Below are positions 9,813-19,312 of a stretch of 64,000 nt of DNA, piece by piece; position 1 is the first letter of the stretch, and each line of letters opens with the position of its first letter. Below the pieces are notes generated by a model. It made no database searches and was not told where the DNA came from. It saw only the letters and a list, made by a program, of their open reading frames with translations. Source of the stretch: a virus (Duplodnaviria > Caudoviricetes); the IMG/VR virus record IMGVR_UViG_3300037458_001303, positions 8,994 through 72,993 of that record. The stretch is one strand, 5' to 3'. The position numbers and the translations under genes were made by a program.

Positions 9813-10214
9813 TCACTTAACTATCGCGTCGAGAGGCAACAGTGTCAACTTTCTCTTGCGCCGCCACTGCCTCAGGAGCCACTGCGAAAACTCCCCGGTG
9901 TGGTGCGCCACGCTCTCCTCTCGGATCTCCCCGCGCAGCCCCATCAGCCGCGCATTGTGCGTCGCTGCATGCACCGCCTCATGGATCACCGTGTTCTGGG
10001 ACGACGTCAGCGGGATCCAAACCTCGGCGATGTGCTTCCACCTGCCTCTCGGCGCCGGGAAGATCCACGTCACGGCCAGCGAGCTGTCAGCTATGAGTCC
10101 CCAGCCCTCTGCGTCGCCCCGTTCTCGAAACTCGGCCGCCGAATCGGGGAATAGCACCTTGACGCGATACTTGGACCCGGGGAACTGATAGACCAACGGC
10201 CTGAGCGGTTTCAT
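9813..10214 (-). CDS. HExxH zinc-metallopeptidase-like small protein
   Basis: TVIHEAVHA followed by EESVAH; likely start MKPLRP at 10214. Confidence 0.55.
   Translation of the reverse strand: MKPLRPLVYQFPGSKYRVKVLFPDSAAEFRERGDAEGWGLIADSSLAVTWIFPAPRGRWKHIAEVWIPLTSSQNTVIHEAVHAATHNARLMGLRGEIREESVAHHTGEFSQWLLRQWRRKRKLTLLPLDAIVK
9820..9848 (-). promoter_or_regulatory. Promoter TTGACA-N17-GATAGT
   Basis: Same -10 hexamer as the motif at 12254-12282. Confidence 0.55.
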
Positions 10215-10852
10215 TCGGTTACAGGTTGAACGTCCCCACCAGCTGACTCTGCCGGGCTTTGAACTCCGACTCCGGGAGCCACTGCACGTATGCGATGCCA
10301 AGCCCCGACTGGTATCTCGCTTCGAGTTGGACTCTCTTGTCGAACCGCTGCACTTCGCGAACCTGGACGCATGCCCCAGCCGTAGGTTTTCCGACGGGGT
10401 CCTGGTGGGGCGACTTGGGGGTCTTGTCGTTCGTCATAGACGTATTCTCTCCGGCGGAACCGCTGCGTGACGACGATCATCGAACCGACGCCGCGGATGG
10501 CGCCACGCTGCGATCCAAAGATGACGATGTTAGCCCGCGGCATCGAAATAGTCAAGAACGTATCATCCATCCGGCGGACGACCTCCCTCCGAAGTGCCTC
10601 GCAGGCGCGCGCATACCCGCGACCTGATGCGGTGTGTGTCGTCGGCGTCTCGATCACCACCAGCCGCGCCGGCATCGCCAGGGCGGTATCGAAAGCCTCC
10701 TGGACTACCTGCTTCACCATCGTCGTCAGCGGGTGGCGATGGACGAACTTGCGGACTAGGACCTGCTCAAAATCGATCCGCTGCGGCGCAGGCGGCTGCC
10801 GGTAGATTGGCGGACGTCCCCGCGGTCTACCTGTTGGACTCCGTTTCTTCAT
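10211..10852 (-). CDS. Hypothetical protein with N-terminal AT-hook (GRPRGRP)
   Basis: Promoter motif 6 nt upstream; C-terminal part overlaps 10219-10437 and may be spurious. Confidence 0.5.
   Translation of the reverse strand: MKKRSPTGRPRGRPPIYRQPPAPQRIDFEQVLVRKFVHRHPLTTMVKQVVQEAFDTALAMPARLVVIETPTTHTASGRGYARACEALRREVVRRMDDTFLTISMPRANIVIFGSQRGAIRGVGSMIVVTQRFRRREYVYDERQDPQVAPPGPRRKTYGWGMRPGSRSAAVRQESPTRSEIPVGAWHRIRAVAPGVGVQSPAESAGGDVQPVTE
10219..10437 (-). CDS. Hypothetical protein
   Basis: 72-aa ORF, co-oriented with its neighbours. Confidence 0.45.
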   Translation of the reverse strand: MTNDKTPKSPHQDPVGKPTAGACVQVREVQRFDKRVQLEARYQSGLGIAYVQWLPESEFKARQSQLVGTFNL

Positions 10853-10858
10853 GATGGA

Positions 10859-10887
10859 AGAATCTCGTCAGGACTGAGGGTTGTCAA
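10859..10887 (-). promoter_or_regulatory. Promoter TTGACA-N17-GATTCT
   Basis: 6 nt upstream of the ATG at 10852. Confidence 0.6.
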
Positions 10888-11384
10888 GGGCAGGAAGGCA
10901 GTTCGAGGATCGAGGTTCGAGTGCAAAACCCTTATACTTAATTGGTTAGTCACGGGGCATTTTTCTTAGCGCGCTCTTTTGGCTGAGCGAAGTTTCGGGT
11001 GGGCTCGGACCCCCCATGGGGTGCGGTTCCCGGCCCTTCGCGGCCTCCCGCCCAGCGTCCTGGCCGTCGGGCCCTGGCCCGCGGCGCTCGACCCTCGGAA
11101 TGACGACCGACTAGGTAGTCAGCCAACCCATTGGGACAGAACGAGATCCGAGGACAACACGAAACGCGAGACGCACAACATCAGTTATATTTAATACGCT
11201 GCAAGAATCGGGGCAAACCGTTGAGCCGCAAGGGGTTCAGCACGAGAATCGAGGTTCGAGGACCGTCCTGGCCGGCCTCCAGGCGGGGTGGGGGTGGCTT
11301 TTTTTGCGCAGGCTGCGCAAATCGCGACACCCGCCAGCCGGCACGCAACTTTGCTCACGATATCAGAGTGATATCACTTTGCAA

Positions 11385-12062
11385 TCAGTCTTCTGCAACT
11401 TGTTGATCCCCAGAGGCTTCTGCATGGTCGAGAACGCCGGCGAGATCTCCGGCCGAAGTTTCAGGCTTACGCCCAAGCTTGCGGTTGGTTGAACAGTTAG
11501 CTTTAACCGAAGCAAACCTCGCTTTGGCGCCCGCGCGCGCTCCTGGAGCGTCCAGGGCATCGGAGAGGGCTGCGCCTGGGGTCTGGGCCCGGGACGCGGC
11601 GGCAGCGGCAAAGCGGCCCGGCGCGAGCCGGTTGGTGTCCGACGCGCGTTCGGTGGCCGTGTCGCCCAGGGCACGGTAAGTCAATGACTGCACCGTCTCC
11701 AGGGCTTTGACCAAGTCAACCAGAGGCCGGGCCGTGTAGTTCGCGCTCTTCTCCGTCTCGACCGTCGTCAGCTTATCGATCGGCGCTTCTGCGAAATGGA
11801 AGAGCGCCTTGTCCAGAAGGTCCCGGGCCCGTTGTGCCTGACCGAGGTTCGAGAGCCGGTTGAGCTCACGGGTCATCGCATCGAGGCCTTCGAGCTCCCT
11901 GGTAGCCCGTAGCGCATCGAATCTATCCTCCCAACCTAGCTGATCGGCCACGTCTCGGAGGGAAGGCGCGTCCACTCCGGCCAGCGCCGCGGTCCTCTGC
12001 AAATCACCGTCCAGGCTCGCGGCCAGGAGGAATAATGGGCTATAGTCCTTGGGGTCAATCAT
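11385..12062 (-). CDS. Putative terminase small subunit / HTH protein
   Basis: N-terminal HTH-like helices ending in GW (LQRTAALAGVDAPSLRDVADQLGWEDR), helical middle; first large gene of the late strand. Confidence 0.45.
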   Translation of the reverse strand: MIDPKDYSPLFLLAASLDGDLQRTAALAGVDAPSLRDVADQLGWEDRFDALRATRELEGLDAMTRELNRLSNLGQAQRARDLLDKALFHFAEAPIDKLTTVETEKSANYTARPLVDLVKALETVQSLTYRALGDTATERASDTNRLAPGRFAAAAASRAQTPGAALSDALDAPGARAGAKARFASVKANCSTNRKLGRKPETSAGDLAGVLDHAEASGDQQVAED

Positions 12063-12247
12063 GTCTTAATCCCTTCCGGCTCAGAGGTTTGCGACTGCCG
12101 ATCCATGAAGGCCTTGCGGTCCTGGCGCCGCTTTTCAGACTTGTGCAATGCAAGTGCATCGCGGACGTGTTGCGGAGAGTCCTCGAAGAGCTGGTCGACC
12201 GCGGACAGTCCGGACGTTGGTTTCGATTGTTTCCCGTTCATAATCAT
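12059..12247 (-). CDS. Small hypothetical protein
   Basis: ATG at 12247 is 6 nt after a promoter motif; stop overlaps the next start. Confidence 0.5.
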   Translation of the reverse strand: MIMNGKQSKPTSGLSAVDQLFEDSPQHVRDALALHKSEKRRQDRKAFMDRQSQTSEPEGIKT

Positions 12248-12253
12248 CAGATT

Positions 12254-12282
12254 ACTATCGACACGACGCGATGAGCTGTCAA
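12254..12282 (-). promoter_or_regulatory. Promoter TTGACA-N17-GATAGT
   Basis: CTAGTTGACAGC is identical to the motif at 6872-6883. Confidence 0.65.
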
Positions 12283-12421
12283 CTAGCACGCACCTAGCTA
12301 TTGAATCCGCCGTCGGTGCTGGTCGGCGGGCACGCAGGCCAGAACAACACAGACCCGCGGGGCCGGGACCCGGTAATGATACCCGGAGCAATTTAGCGAA
12401 AGGGCAACGTTGAGGTGCATT

Positions 12422-12781
12422 ATGAAGCGAAAGTCAATCTGGTCTCACTTCCGAGCGGCGACCCACTGTGGGCTTACCGATGTTGCGGGGTTCAAATACG
12501 GCTCCTTTCCGGTCCGGGCCGAGTGGTCTGGGCTGGAGGGAGGCGAGCCCTGGGTGCGTCATGCCGAGGCCCGGGTGGTCGCGCGGTCAGCTGCTGATGC
12601 CGCGAACCATTGGCTGGAGGAGTGTTGCAAAGCGTGGCCCGGCCAACCGGTCGAGGTCGAGGCGGTGGGATACAAAGGCGGGACCGTTGTCCGGTATGCG
12701 GGATGGGACCGGTCGGTGTTTTTGGCGATGATCCTGGAGCGGCACGAGTCGCCTGCGGTGCAACTGGAGTTCAACCTATGA
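12422..12781 (+). CDS. Hypothetical early protein
   Basis: First plus-strand ORF; GAGGTG upstream; ATGA overlap with the next gene. Confidence 0.6.
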   Translation: MKRKSIWSHFRAATHCGLTDVAGFKYGSFPVRAEWSGLEGGEPWVRHAEARVVARSAADAANHWLEECCKAWPGQPVEVEAVGYKGGTVVRYAGWDRSVFLAMILERHESPAVQLEFNL

Positions 12782-13539
12782 GACCGATCGAAATAGCAGC
12801 CAACGCGCTGGAACCGGCGCTGAAGGACCTGGGGGTGAGCCGGGACCATCCGGCGCTTCGGGTCAAGATCGCCGAGGACACCCCAGACAAGGGCAAGCTG
12901 GAGGTCCAGCTACGGGGGCCAAACGGCCCGAGGTCGTTGTTCATATTCGTCCTGGCCAACGGCGAAAGCAGTCGCGTCGTGTCGGTCTGGGCCGGCCGCG
13001 GCTGGAAGACTTTCTTCGCGCCAAACGCCAAGCGAGCGATAGCTGGGCTGAAACGCCGGCTGGTCACCGCGTTGCGCCGCCGGGCAGAGCGGGCCGGCGT
13101 GCCGGTCAAAGGTGCAGTGCAACTGCAACGCGGACGCAATGCAGGCGAGGCAGGGATCGTGGACGACAAGGACTGCACCGTCGAAGCCCTGGCCAACGCG
13201 GCCGGCATTAGCTACGCCGACGCACACGCGTTCTGGGAGTTGCTGGGCCGGGAGCGGGGGCACGGTATCCGGATGTTCCACGAGCTGAAGAAGCACGCCA
13301 ACGCCTTGTTCAGCTGGGACGAGTTCAATGTGGAACTACTTGGGGTCAAGATGATTAGAGTCAAAGAAGCCCACGGGGTCCAGGTGAGGACCGCGGCCAA
13401 GATGCTGCCGCAAGGCCGGCACCTGCTGAATGTTCTCGGGCACGCTCTCGCGATTATCGATGGGGTTGTGGTAGACTCGGGTTCTGGCAGCCTGGGGAAG
13501 CGCGTCGTGAATATCTACCGGGTAGAGAAGCTGGCATGA
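12778..13539 (+). CDS. Hypothetical protein with C-terminal papain/C39-like Cys-His module
   Basis: DCTVEALANAAGISY...GHALAIIDGVVVD; start at the ATGA overlap. Confidence 0.5.
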   Translation: MRPIEIAANALEPALKDLGVSRDHPALRVKIAEDTPDKGKLEVQLRGPNGPRSLFIFVLANGESSRVVSVWAGRGWKTFFAPNAKRAIAGLKRRLVTALRRRAERAGVPVKGAVQLQRGRNAGEAGIVDDKDCTVEALANAAGISYADAHAFWELLGRERGHGIRMFHELKKHANALFSWDEFNVELLGVKMIRVKEAHGVQVRTAAKMLPQGRHLLNVLGHALAIIDGVVVDSGSGSLGKRVVNIYRVEKLA

Positions 13540-13865
13540 GGCCTGCTGAGAGGTTGAGTATAAGCATGAAAGCAAACAAGAACAGCAAACGGCCGGGCTT
13601 GAAGGCCCGGGTGCGATCGTATCGGCACATTCAGCGGACCATCCGCGGGCTCCACGAGTCGGCCGCGCGGCGACTGGCTGACCTGCGAGGCGAGCGGCAG
13701 GTTGGGCATTCATTCTGGCTTGGCCCCGGGGTCAAAGTCCGATGGATGCTGGTGCCGGAGGTCCTGGTGCCCCGGCATGTGGTGAAGCCCCACGTGCGGG
13801 TCGTGGTGCGGACGGTAGCACGGGACAGGGACTTGGAGCGGGTCAATCGAGCGCTGGGGGACTGA
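13536..13865 (+). CDS. Hypothetical basic protein
   Basis: ATGA-coupled ORF. Confidence 0.5.
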   Translation: MRPAERLSISMKANKNSKRPGLKARVRSYRHIQRTIRGLHESAARRLADLRGERQVGHSFWLGPGVKVRWMLVPEVLVPRHVVKPHVRVVVRTVARDRDLERVNRALGD

Positions 13866-14029
13866 TGACTCAGGCTGCGGTGGAAACGAGCGCCGGTGGC
13901 GAAAGCTGCCGGCGTTTTTCGTTGGGCCCTCGAATCTCGAACCTCGAATCAAAGGGTCAAAGGTCAAAGGAGAGGGGGCCCAGGCCGAGAAACCCTAAAT
14001 AAATTCGGGAAAGCGAATCAAATTCCCTA

Positions 14030-14220
14030 GGTAAAAACGGCCTTTTTCGTCCACTTCGTATAAGGGTTTCCTCCTATATCCTATCTTTTTATATCCTTTT
14101 TTCTTTTCGCGCGCGTAATATAAAAGACTTATATTAAAGACTTATACGATGTGGTCGGAAAAGGGCTTTTTTGGCTAGGGGATTTGATTCGCTTTCCAGA
14201 ATTTATTTAAGGTTTGACAA
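14030..14220. other. AT/pyrimidine-rich non-coding tract with direct repeat AAAGACTTATA x2 (possible origin or regulatory region)
   Basis: Marked drop in GC; repeats at 14123-14133 and 14136-14146. Confidence 0.4.
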
Positions 14221-14242
14221 CGGCGCCCTTCTCGACGATTGT
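14214..14242 (+). promoter_or_regulatory. Promoter TTGACA-N17-GATTGT
   Basis: 6 nt upstream of the ATG at 14249. Confidence 0.6.
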
Positions 14243-14248
14243 CTCGTC

Positions 14249-15628
14249 ATGTTCAAACTATTCTGGGACCATAAGAACCAACGGGCGCCGTCGGCTCGGG
14301 CCCATCGGTGCTTCACACACACTCTGACGCTTCGCCGGCACCCGGCCGAGCGCCTGAAACAGCATCCTCCCGCCTCGGTCGGCTGGCGCCGTTTCACCGT
14401 GAACGACTCCCTCTATGGCGCGCCCGCCAGCCTCATGTTTGCTGAAGCTCAGGCCCGCCGCGACTCGGTAGCGCTGAGTTTCATCCGGGGCTTCCAGGCG
14501 GCGGATCAGCTCGCCGTTCCCCTGGGTGACGACCTGGGGCACAGTTGGTGCCCAACCTGGGCGCTGCCCGTTAGCACCGGCCGTCCGCCCGGAGGCGGTC
14601 GACCGCCCAGCGTGCTCGCTCAACTTTGCGCCAGCCCGATCGCCTCGGACCTGCTGGACCTGACCGGCACCGCCCTGGTGCAGCCCAGCACGCCGCGCCG
14701 TTATCACAGTGCCTTGGGTGACGCCGAGCGGCTCGGGCTGGCCGAGGCTGCCCCGTTTCGCGATTCGAGGGTCGAGATCGGCGCGTGGCTGGACGAGGGT
14801 AGCCTGGAGCCCAACCGGCCGGTTTTCCTGGAAGGGCCCAACGCGGCCGCCGTTTGGGCGTGGTTCCAGGTCATGATCGTTTGGCCCGCCCTGGCGGCGC
14901 ACTGGGTGCGCTCGGCCATGGACGGGGTGGACGGCTGGAAGACGCCGGACGGTTACCCGGAGGTGCCGCCCTGGCTCGCTGCGGGGGCGCAGGCGCTACT
15001 TGAGGGCTCGACCCTGGTCCAGACACGGTCCCGGCTCGAAAACGCCGCCAAGGGCATCCTGGACTCCAGGAATTGGGGGTGCTTTGCGCTCATCGTGACC
15101 CAGATGCGATCGCGGATGGCTAATAGCCGCCGGGTGGCCGAGCGGATGAGATTGGCGGCGCGTCGTTGGGACGCTGCCCGCTTCCGTCATTCGGCCGCTG
15201 AGGATCGCGCTAAGCTCGGGCTGGAGGACGGGCACGTTGCCTGGGTCCAGGCCGAGGTCGAGTTCGTGCTCGATTACTACCGGGATGTCCGCCGGGATCT
15301 GGACAAGCTGTCCGGGGATTCGAACGCCTTGCGCGGGACAAACTGGGACGCCTTTTCGGTAGCTCGGCAGGCTGCCGAGGACGTCCAGGCGTTGGTCCAG
15401 GTGGCTAAGGCGCTCCGTTCTGCCGGCGGCGACGTCCGGCGGGCCGCGTCTTACTTCCACGGCGTCGGGGACTGGGCGCGGGCTCAGTTAAGCGGGCCCG
15501 TGCAGGAGATGCTCGACCGCGCATGGCAGGTGCTTTGCGAATGCAATGCGCCCTCGAATCTCGAATCTCGCACCGACGGAAAACCCCAGGAAAACCCCGG
15601 GGACTCGGTTGGCACGCCCACTGCTTAA
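14249..15628 (+). CDS. Hypothetical protein (459 aa)
   Basis: Long ORF right after the promoter; no motif recognised. Confidence 0.65.
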   Translation: MFKLFWDHKNQRAPSARAHRCFTHTLTLRRHPAERLKQHPPASVGWRRFTVNDSLYGAPASLMFAEAQARRDSVALSFIRGFQAADQLAVPLGDDLGHSWCPTWALPVSTGRPPGGGRPPSVLAQLCASPIASDLLDLTGTALVQPSTPRRYHSALGDAERLGLAEAAPFRDSRVEIGAWLDEGSLEPNRPVFLEGPNAAAVWAWFQVMIVWPALAAHWVRSAMDGVDGWKTPDGYPEVPPWLAAGAQALLEGSTLVQTRSRLENAAKGILDSRNWGCFALIVTQMRSRMANSRRVAERMRLAARRWDAARFRHSAAEDRAKLGLEDGHVAWVQAEVEFVLDYYRDVRRDLDKLSGDSNALRGTNWDAFSVARQAAEDVQALVQVAKALRSAGGDVRRAASYFHGVGDWARAQLSGPVQEMLDRAWQVLCECNAPSNLESRTDGKPQENPGDSVGTPTA

Positions 15629-15637
15629 CTGCCCGGC

Positions 15638-16243
15638 ATGAAGGACAAGATTTACAAGCGGGACGAGGCCAAGAGCTGGTTTATGAAAAAGTTCGAATTA
15701 GTTGAGGTTAATGGTGAGGTCCGGATCCGTGCGTTGCGAGATTTCGGGTCCGTCAAGGCCGGCGATGTCGGCGGCCGGGTCGATGGCGAGCACAATCTGG
15801 ACCACGATGGGGACTGTTGGATCGACGCCCAGGCCCAGGTCTACGGGGATGCCCAGGTCTCCGGGAATGCCCGGGTCTCCGGGAATGCCTGGGTCTACGG
15901 GGGTGCCCGGGTCTCCGGGAATGCCTGGGTCTACGGGGGTGCCCGGGTCTCCGGGGATGCCTGGGTCTACGGGGGTGCCCGGGTCTCCGGGGATGCCTGG
16001 GTCTACGGGGATGCCCAGGTCTCCGGGAATGCCCGGGTCTCCGGGAATGCCTGGGTCTACGGGGGTGCCCGGGTCTCCGGGGATGCCCGGGTCTACGGGG
16101 ATGCCCGGGTCTCCGGGAATGCCTGGGTCTACGGGGGTGCCCGGGTCTCCGGGAATGCCTGGGTCTACGGGGGTGCCCGGGTCTCCGGGGATGCCTGGGT
16201 CTACGGGGATGCCCAGGTCTCCGGGAATGCCCGGATCTCCTAG
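15638..16243 (+). CDS. Left-handed beta-helix hexapeptide-repeat protein
   Basis: Typical phage N-terminus (ALRDFGSVKAGDVGG...NL...GDCWI) plus 22 V[SY]G[NDG]A[RWQ] repeats. Confidence 0.85.
   Translation: MKDKIYKRDEAKSWFMKKFELVEVNGEVRIRALRDFGSVKAGDVGGRVDGEHNLDHDGDCWIDAQAQVYGDAQVSGNARVSGNAWVYGGARVSGNAWVYGGARVSGDAWVYGGARVSGDAWVYGDAQVSGNARVSGNAWVYGGARVSGDARVYGDARVSGNAWVYGGARVSGNAWVYGGARVSGDAWVYGDAQVSGNARIS
15839..16234 (+). repeat. 18-bp tandem repeat, 22 units
   Basis: Units such as GTCTCCGGGAATGCCTGG and GTCTACGGGGGTGCCCGG. Confidence 0.95.
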
Positions 16244-16461
16244 AACGCCCACGTCACTGAGGTATTTCGGAGTGAGCAATGCGACGTCAGAGCATCTGCG
16301 ATGCAGCCGTCGGAGCGGACAACGTAACCCGTTGGTAATTAGCCAGCGCAGGCTGGCACGGAGTAAGCTATGCTAGATCCTATGGTGATGATTGCAATGC
16401 TGGGGCTCGCGGCATGGCTCGCGGGCCGGGTGGATTGGGGTGGCGACGATAGTTTAGACCC

Positions 16462-16689
16462 GTGACGACTATGAACAAAGCGATCGACGGAAACGCATTG
16501 GGGTGGCGGAAGCCCTGGGACGATCTTGAGCCGGCCGTGCAGGCCGCGATCATCTCTGGCGACGAGCAGCGGGCCCGCCGTGTGCAGAAAGCATACGGCC
16601 ATGGCGCCTACTGGCGCGGCTACGGTCCCGGGCACGAGCGAGCGGAGTGTCTGGCGTGGCGTAACATCAACGGCGAGGTGGTATCGTGA
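16462..16689 (+). CDS. Hypothetical protein
   Basis: GTGA-coupled to the next gene. Confidence 0.5.
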   Translation: MTTMNKAIDGNALGWRKPWDDLEPAVQAAIISGDEQRARRVQKAYGHGAYWRGYGPGHERAECLAWRNINGEVVS

Positions 16690-17075
16690 ACATCATGTGG
16701 GGCGAGTTTTTTCGGCGGCTCCGCGAGGTGGCCGGCGAGGTGGCCTGCGAGGTTGGCCGTAAAGACGGCCGGTTTGTCGACGTGGCGGGTGCTCGGTTCT
16801 GGACTGCCCCTGATGGGCGGTCCGAGGGCGGGCTCGACTACGACACTGTGGACCAGCTGTGCGCCAACAAGGGCGGCCTGTCGGTGCATTACAAAGTCGT
16901 CGGCGACGTTGTGGTGGTAACCGGGATCGGGGTGGTGCGGCGGTTCTCGATTGCCGATGTCACCCAGGCGATCCAGGCCGACGTTCTGCACGGTTGGAAG
17001 CATGGGCAGGGCAATGTGGTCAGTCGGGCGATCACCCGGCGGGCCGGTTGCGAATGGGGCGCGGAGACCCCGTGA
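16686..17075 (+). CDS. Hypothetical protein
   Basis: Coupled ORF in the early cluster. Confidence 0.55.
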   Translation: MNIMWGEFFRRLREVAGEVACEVGRKDGRFVDVAGARFWTAPDGRSEGGLDYDTVDQLCANKGGLSVHYKVVGDVVVVTGIGVVRRFSIADVTQAIQADVLHGWKHGQGNVVSRAITRRAGCEWGAETP

Positions 17076-17083
17076 AAGGGAAC

Positions 17084-17443
17084 ATGAAGAAACGTTTCGT
17101 TGTGGAAGTATCCGGGACTGGCGGCGTGCTGTTGCGCGCCGTCACTCCGGGCGGGAGTCCGGGCCCGGCGATCCAGTTGTCAGCGTGCGAGGCCGGCGAG
17201 CTTGCGCGGGACCTGGACAACGCGGCACTCGAAGCTTACGCGGGGTGGCCTAACGCGCGCCGCATGTCGCCGGCACACTGGCACGTGGGGCCCTACGTCG
17301 TTTTTTGCCCGGAGCCCTTCATGGAGTGTCGGGTGGCCGACAAGGGAACCCTGCAGCCCCTGGCGCATTTCACCGGGCCCGGGTGCTTGACAAAAGGGCT
17401 TGACTGGGCGAAGCAGCACGCTTACGGTGGCCGAGGTGCGTGA
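17084..17443 (+). CDS. Hypothetical protein
   Basis: AAAGGG upstream of ATG MKKRFVVEV. Confidence 0.55.
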   Translation: MKKRFVVEVSGTGGVLLRAVTPGGSPGPAIQLSACEAGELARDLDNAALEAYAGWPNARRMSPAHWHVGPYVVFCPEPFMECRVADKGTLQPLAHFTGPGCLTKGLDWAKQHAYGGRGA

Positions 17444-17516
17444 TGGAAGCCCTCGCGCTAGTGTTCGTTGTTTGGCTGGCCGTGCGGCTGGCCTATCGTG
17501 GAAACTGGAGTCGTTT

Positions 17517-17828
17517 ATGAAGAGACACAAAGCATGGCAGATCGGGCTGGCGCTCGCGGCGCTGGCGTTGGAAGTGCAAGCGGATAGCCCTCGCTGGGCG
17601 CCAGGGTTGGAGATATCGGACGCTCGGCCGGGCAAGGTCCGGGTTACCACAGAGAACCGGGCGAAGCGGCCCGGCGTGGTTGTGGTCGAGACCGCGCCGG
17701 CGATCGAGGGGCCCTGGACGGTGGCGTTCGAGGTCAAGGCTGGCACCCGGCAAAGTCGGGTGGTTGCTGTGGACGAGTCGGCCCGATTCTTTCGGGCGCG
17801 GTTCAACAAGGTGCCTGGAGGGAAGTGA
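17517..17828 (+). CDS. Secreted small beta-rich protein
   Basis: Signal-peptide-like MKRHKAWQIGLALAALALEVQA; GGAG upstream. Confidence 0.55.
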   Translation: MKRHKAWQIGLALAALALEVQADSPRWAPGLEISDARPGKVRVTTENRAKRPGVVVVETAPAIEGPWTVAFEVKAGTRQSRVVAVDESARFFRARFNKVPGGK

Positions 17829-18193
17829 ACGTTCCTGCGCTCATCCTGGTGATGGCTATCTGGTGCGCCGAAGGCGGCGATCGCACCCGGTTCCCGTATG
17901 GGATCAAGTCGGTGCGGACGGACGACCCGCGGCAGGTGTGCCTGAACACTGTTTGCAACCAGTGGGAGCGCTGGAACGGGACGGGGTGTTTCATCGATTC
18001 CCTGGCGGACCGCTACTGTCCGCCGGGGGTCGACCCCGTCGGCAACGCACGATGGAAACGCAACGTTAAAGTAATGGTAGGCCACAACGTCTGTCGGTGC
18101 GCGAAGACTGTCGAGCGGCTGGAAAGGCCGGCGGCGTTCCCGCCGACGTCGGAATATAGGTCCCGGTTGCGGGACTGGCGGAGGAAGCTATGA
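17825..18193 (+). CDS. Lysozyme-like / glucosaminidase-like protein with N-terminal anchor
   Basis: AIWCAEGG...PYGI...FIDSLADRYCP...ARWKRNV resembles lysozyme-fold motifs. Confidence 0.45.
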   Translation: MNVPALILVMAIWCAEGGDRTRFPYGIKSVRTDDPRQVCLNTVCNQWERWNGTGCFIDSLADRYCPPGVDPVGNARWKRNVKVMVGHNVCRCAKTVERLERPAAFPPTSEYRSRLRDWRRKL

Positions 18194-18438
18194 TTTTTTT
18201 GCTGTTAGCTTTACTGGCGGTCAAGGTGCTGGCCGTGCTGATCGGCATGGGGCTGGTGGGCATCGCCGAGATCGGGGACCGGATCATTCACCCGCGGCCG
18301 CGGTTTCAGCCGGCGTTGAAACCGGCCCCCGTGGTGAAACCGGCCCCTGTGGTCGAACCTCGGGAGTCCGGGCTGACCACAACCGAGCTGGCCTGGATTG
18401 TGTGCTTGACAATCGTCCTGGTGAAGCTATGCTCTTGA
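18190..18438 (+). CDS. Small membrane protein
   Basis: Two hydrophobic segments separated by a Pro-rich linker. Confidence 0.55.
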   Translation: MIFLLLALLAVKVLAVLIGMGLVGIAEIGDRIIHPRPRFQPALKPAPVVKPAPVVEPRESGLTTTELAWIVCLTIVLVKLCS

Positions 18439-18509
18439 GCAGATTTCGGCCTCGTGTCGCCGCGTGTTGCGGTGGCTGTCGTCCTGGTCGGTGGTGGTGG
18501 TGAACGAAG

Positions 18510-18998
18510 GTGAAGCCTATGAAAAGCAGACTGAGATACGGTTGGTTGGTTGCCCTGGTGCTTATGGCCGGCGTCGTTTTCGCCGGGCCCGGGGATCGCA
18601 AGCAGATCGGTTTTCTGTGGGACCCGCACCCCGAGGACCCGTGGTTCAATCTCTACTGGAGCCCAACGGTCCAGGGGACAATGGAGGATCCTGACGAGGC
18701 CGGCACGACCTGGGTTAGGCTGGCCACGATCCCGCGCGGAGTGAATGAATTCACGCTGCCCGAGGATTGGACCGATGAACATCGCACTGGGTTCTTCGCG
18801 TTGACGGCGGAGAACACTGTGGGGGAATCGGATTTCAGCAACGGCTTGTGGGTGGAGCCGTTCCCGAGCCGGCCGCAAAACCTGAGGATCCGACTCGTGG
18901 AGCCCCAAGCCTCCTCGGCATCCTCGCCATCGTCTGGCGCGTTGTCGCCCATCAAATTGACGGCGCCTGGGCGCCCAACACCGCCGACTAGCCGCTAG
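18510..18998 (+). CDS. Secreted fibronectin type III-like protein
   Basis: Signal peptide; LWDP...FNLYW...FFALTAENTVGESDFSN...PSRPQNLRI. Confidence 0.65.
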   Translation: MKPMKSRLRYGWLVALVLMAGVVFAGPGDRKQIGFLWDPHPEDPWFNLYWSPTVQGTMEDPDEAGTTWVRLATIPRGVNEFTLPEDWTDEHRTGFFALTAENTVGESDFSNGLWVEPFPSRPQNLRIRLVEPQASSASSPSSGALSPIKLTAPGRPTPPTSR

Positions 18999-19044
18999 AG
19001 ATCAGACAGTCTGCCTCCGCTGGGGGCAGACCAATCTGGACTTT

Positions 19045-19311
19045 ATGCAAAACACCAAAGCAAACCGTCGGGCGCTACGGCTTCAGCGCGAAGCCGCCGA
19101 GCGCAAGGTCGTCGTGGCCTCCCGCCTCGTGGAGGCTGACATCATGGCCAAGCGGGAGCCGGCCTGGGGCAAGCTCCAGGTGGCCGTTCAAGAGCTTGAG
19201 CTGGCTCAGGGCTCGCTCCGCACCTCCTATGTTGCGGGGCCCGAGGTCAATGCCCTGATGCTGCGTGCGGCAGCGTTGAAGCTGCCGGGCGTTCCGATCT
19301 TGGGGGTATGA
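19045..19311 (+). CDS. Hypothetical protein
   Basis: 88-aa ORF in the operon. Confidence 0.55.
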   Translation: MQNTKANRRALRLQREAAERKVVVASRLVEADIMAKREPAWGKLQVAVQELELAQGSLRTSYVAGPEVNALMLRAAALKLPGVPILGV

Positions 19312-19312
19312 C

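Noticed and set aside
15698-16376. Collagen-like PG-repeat and CPGLRG ORFs
   Set aside because: Alternate-frame and antisense readings of the 18-bp repeat in the beta-helix gene
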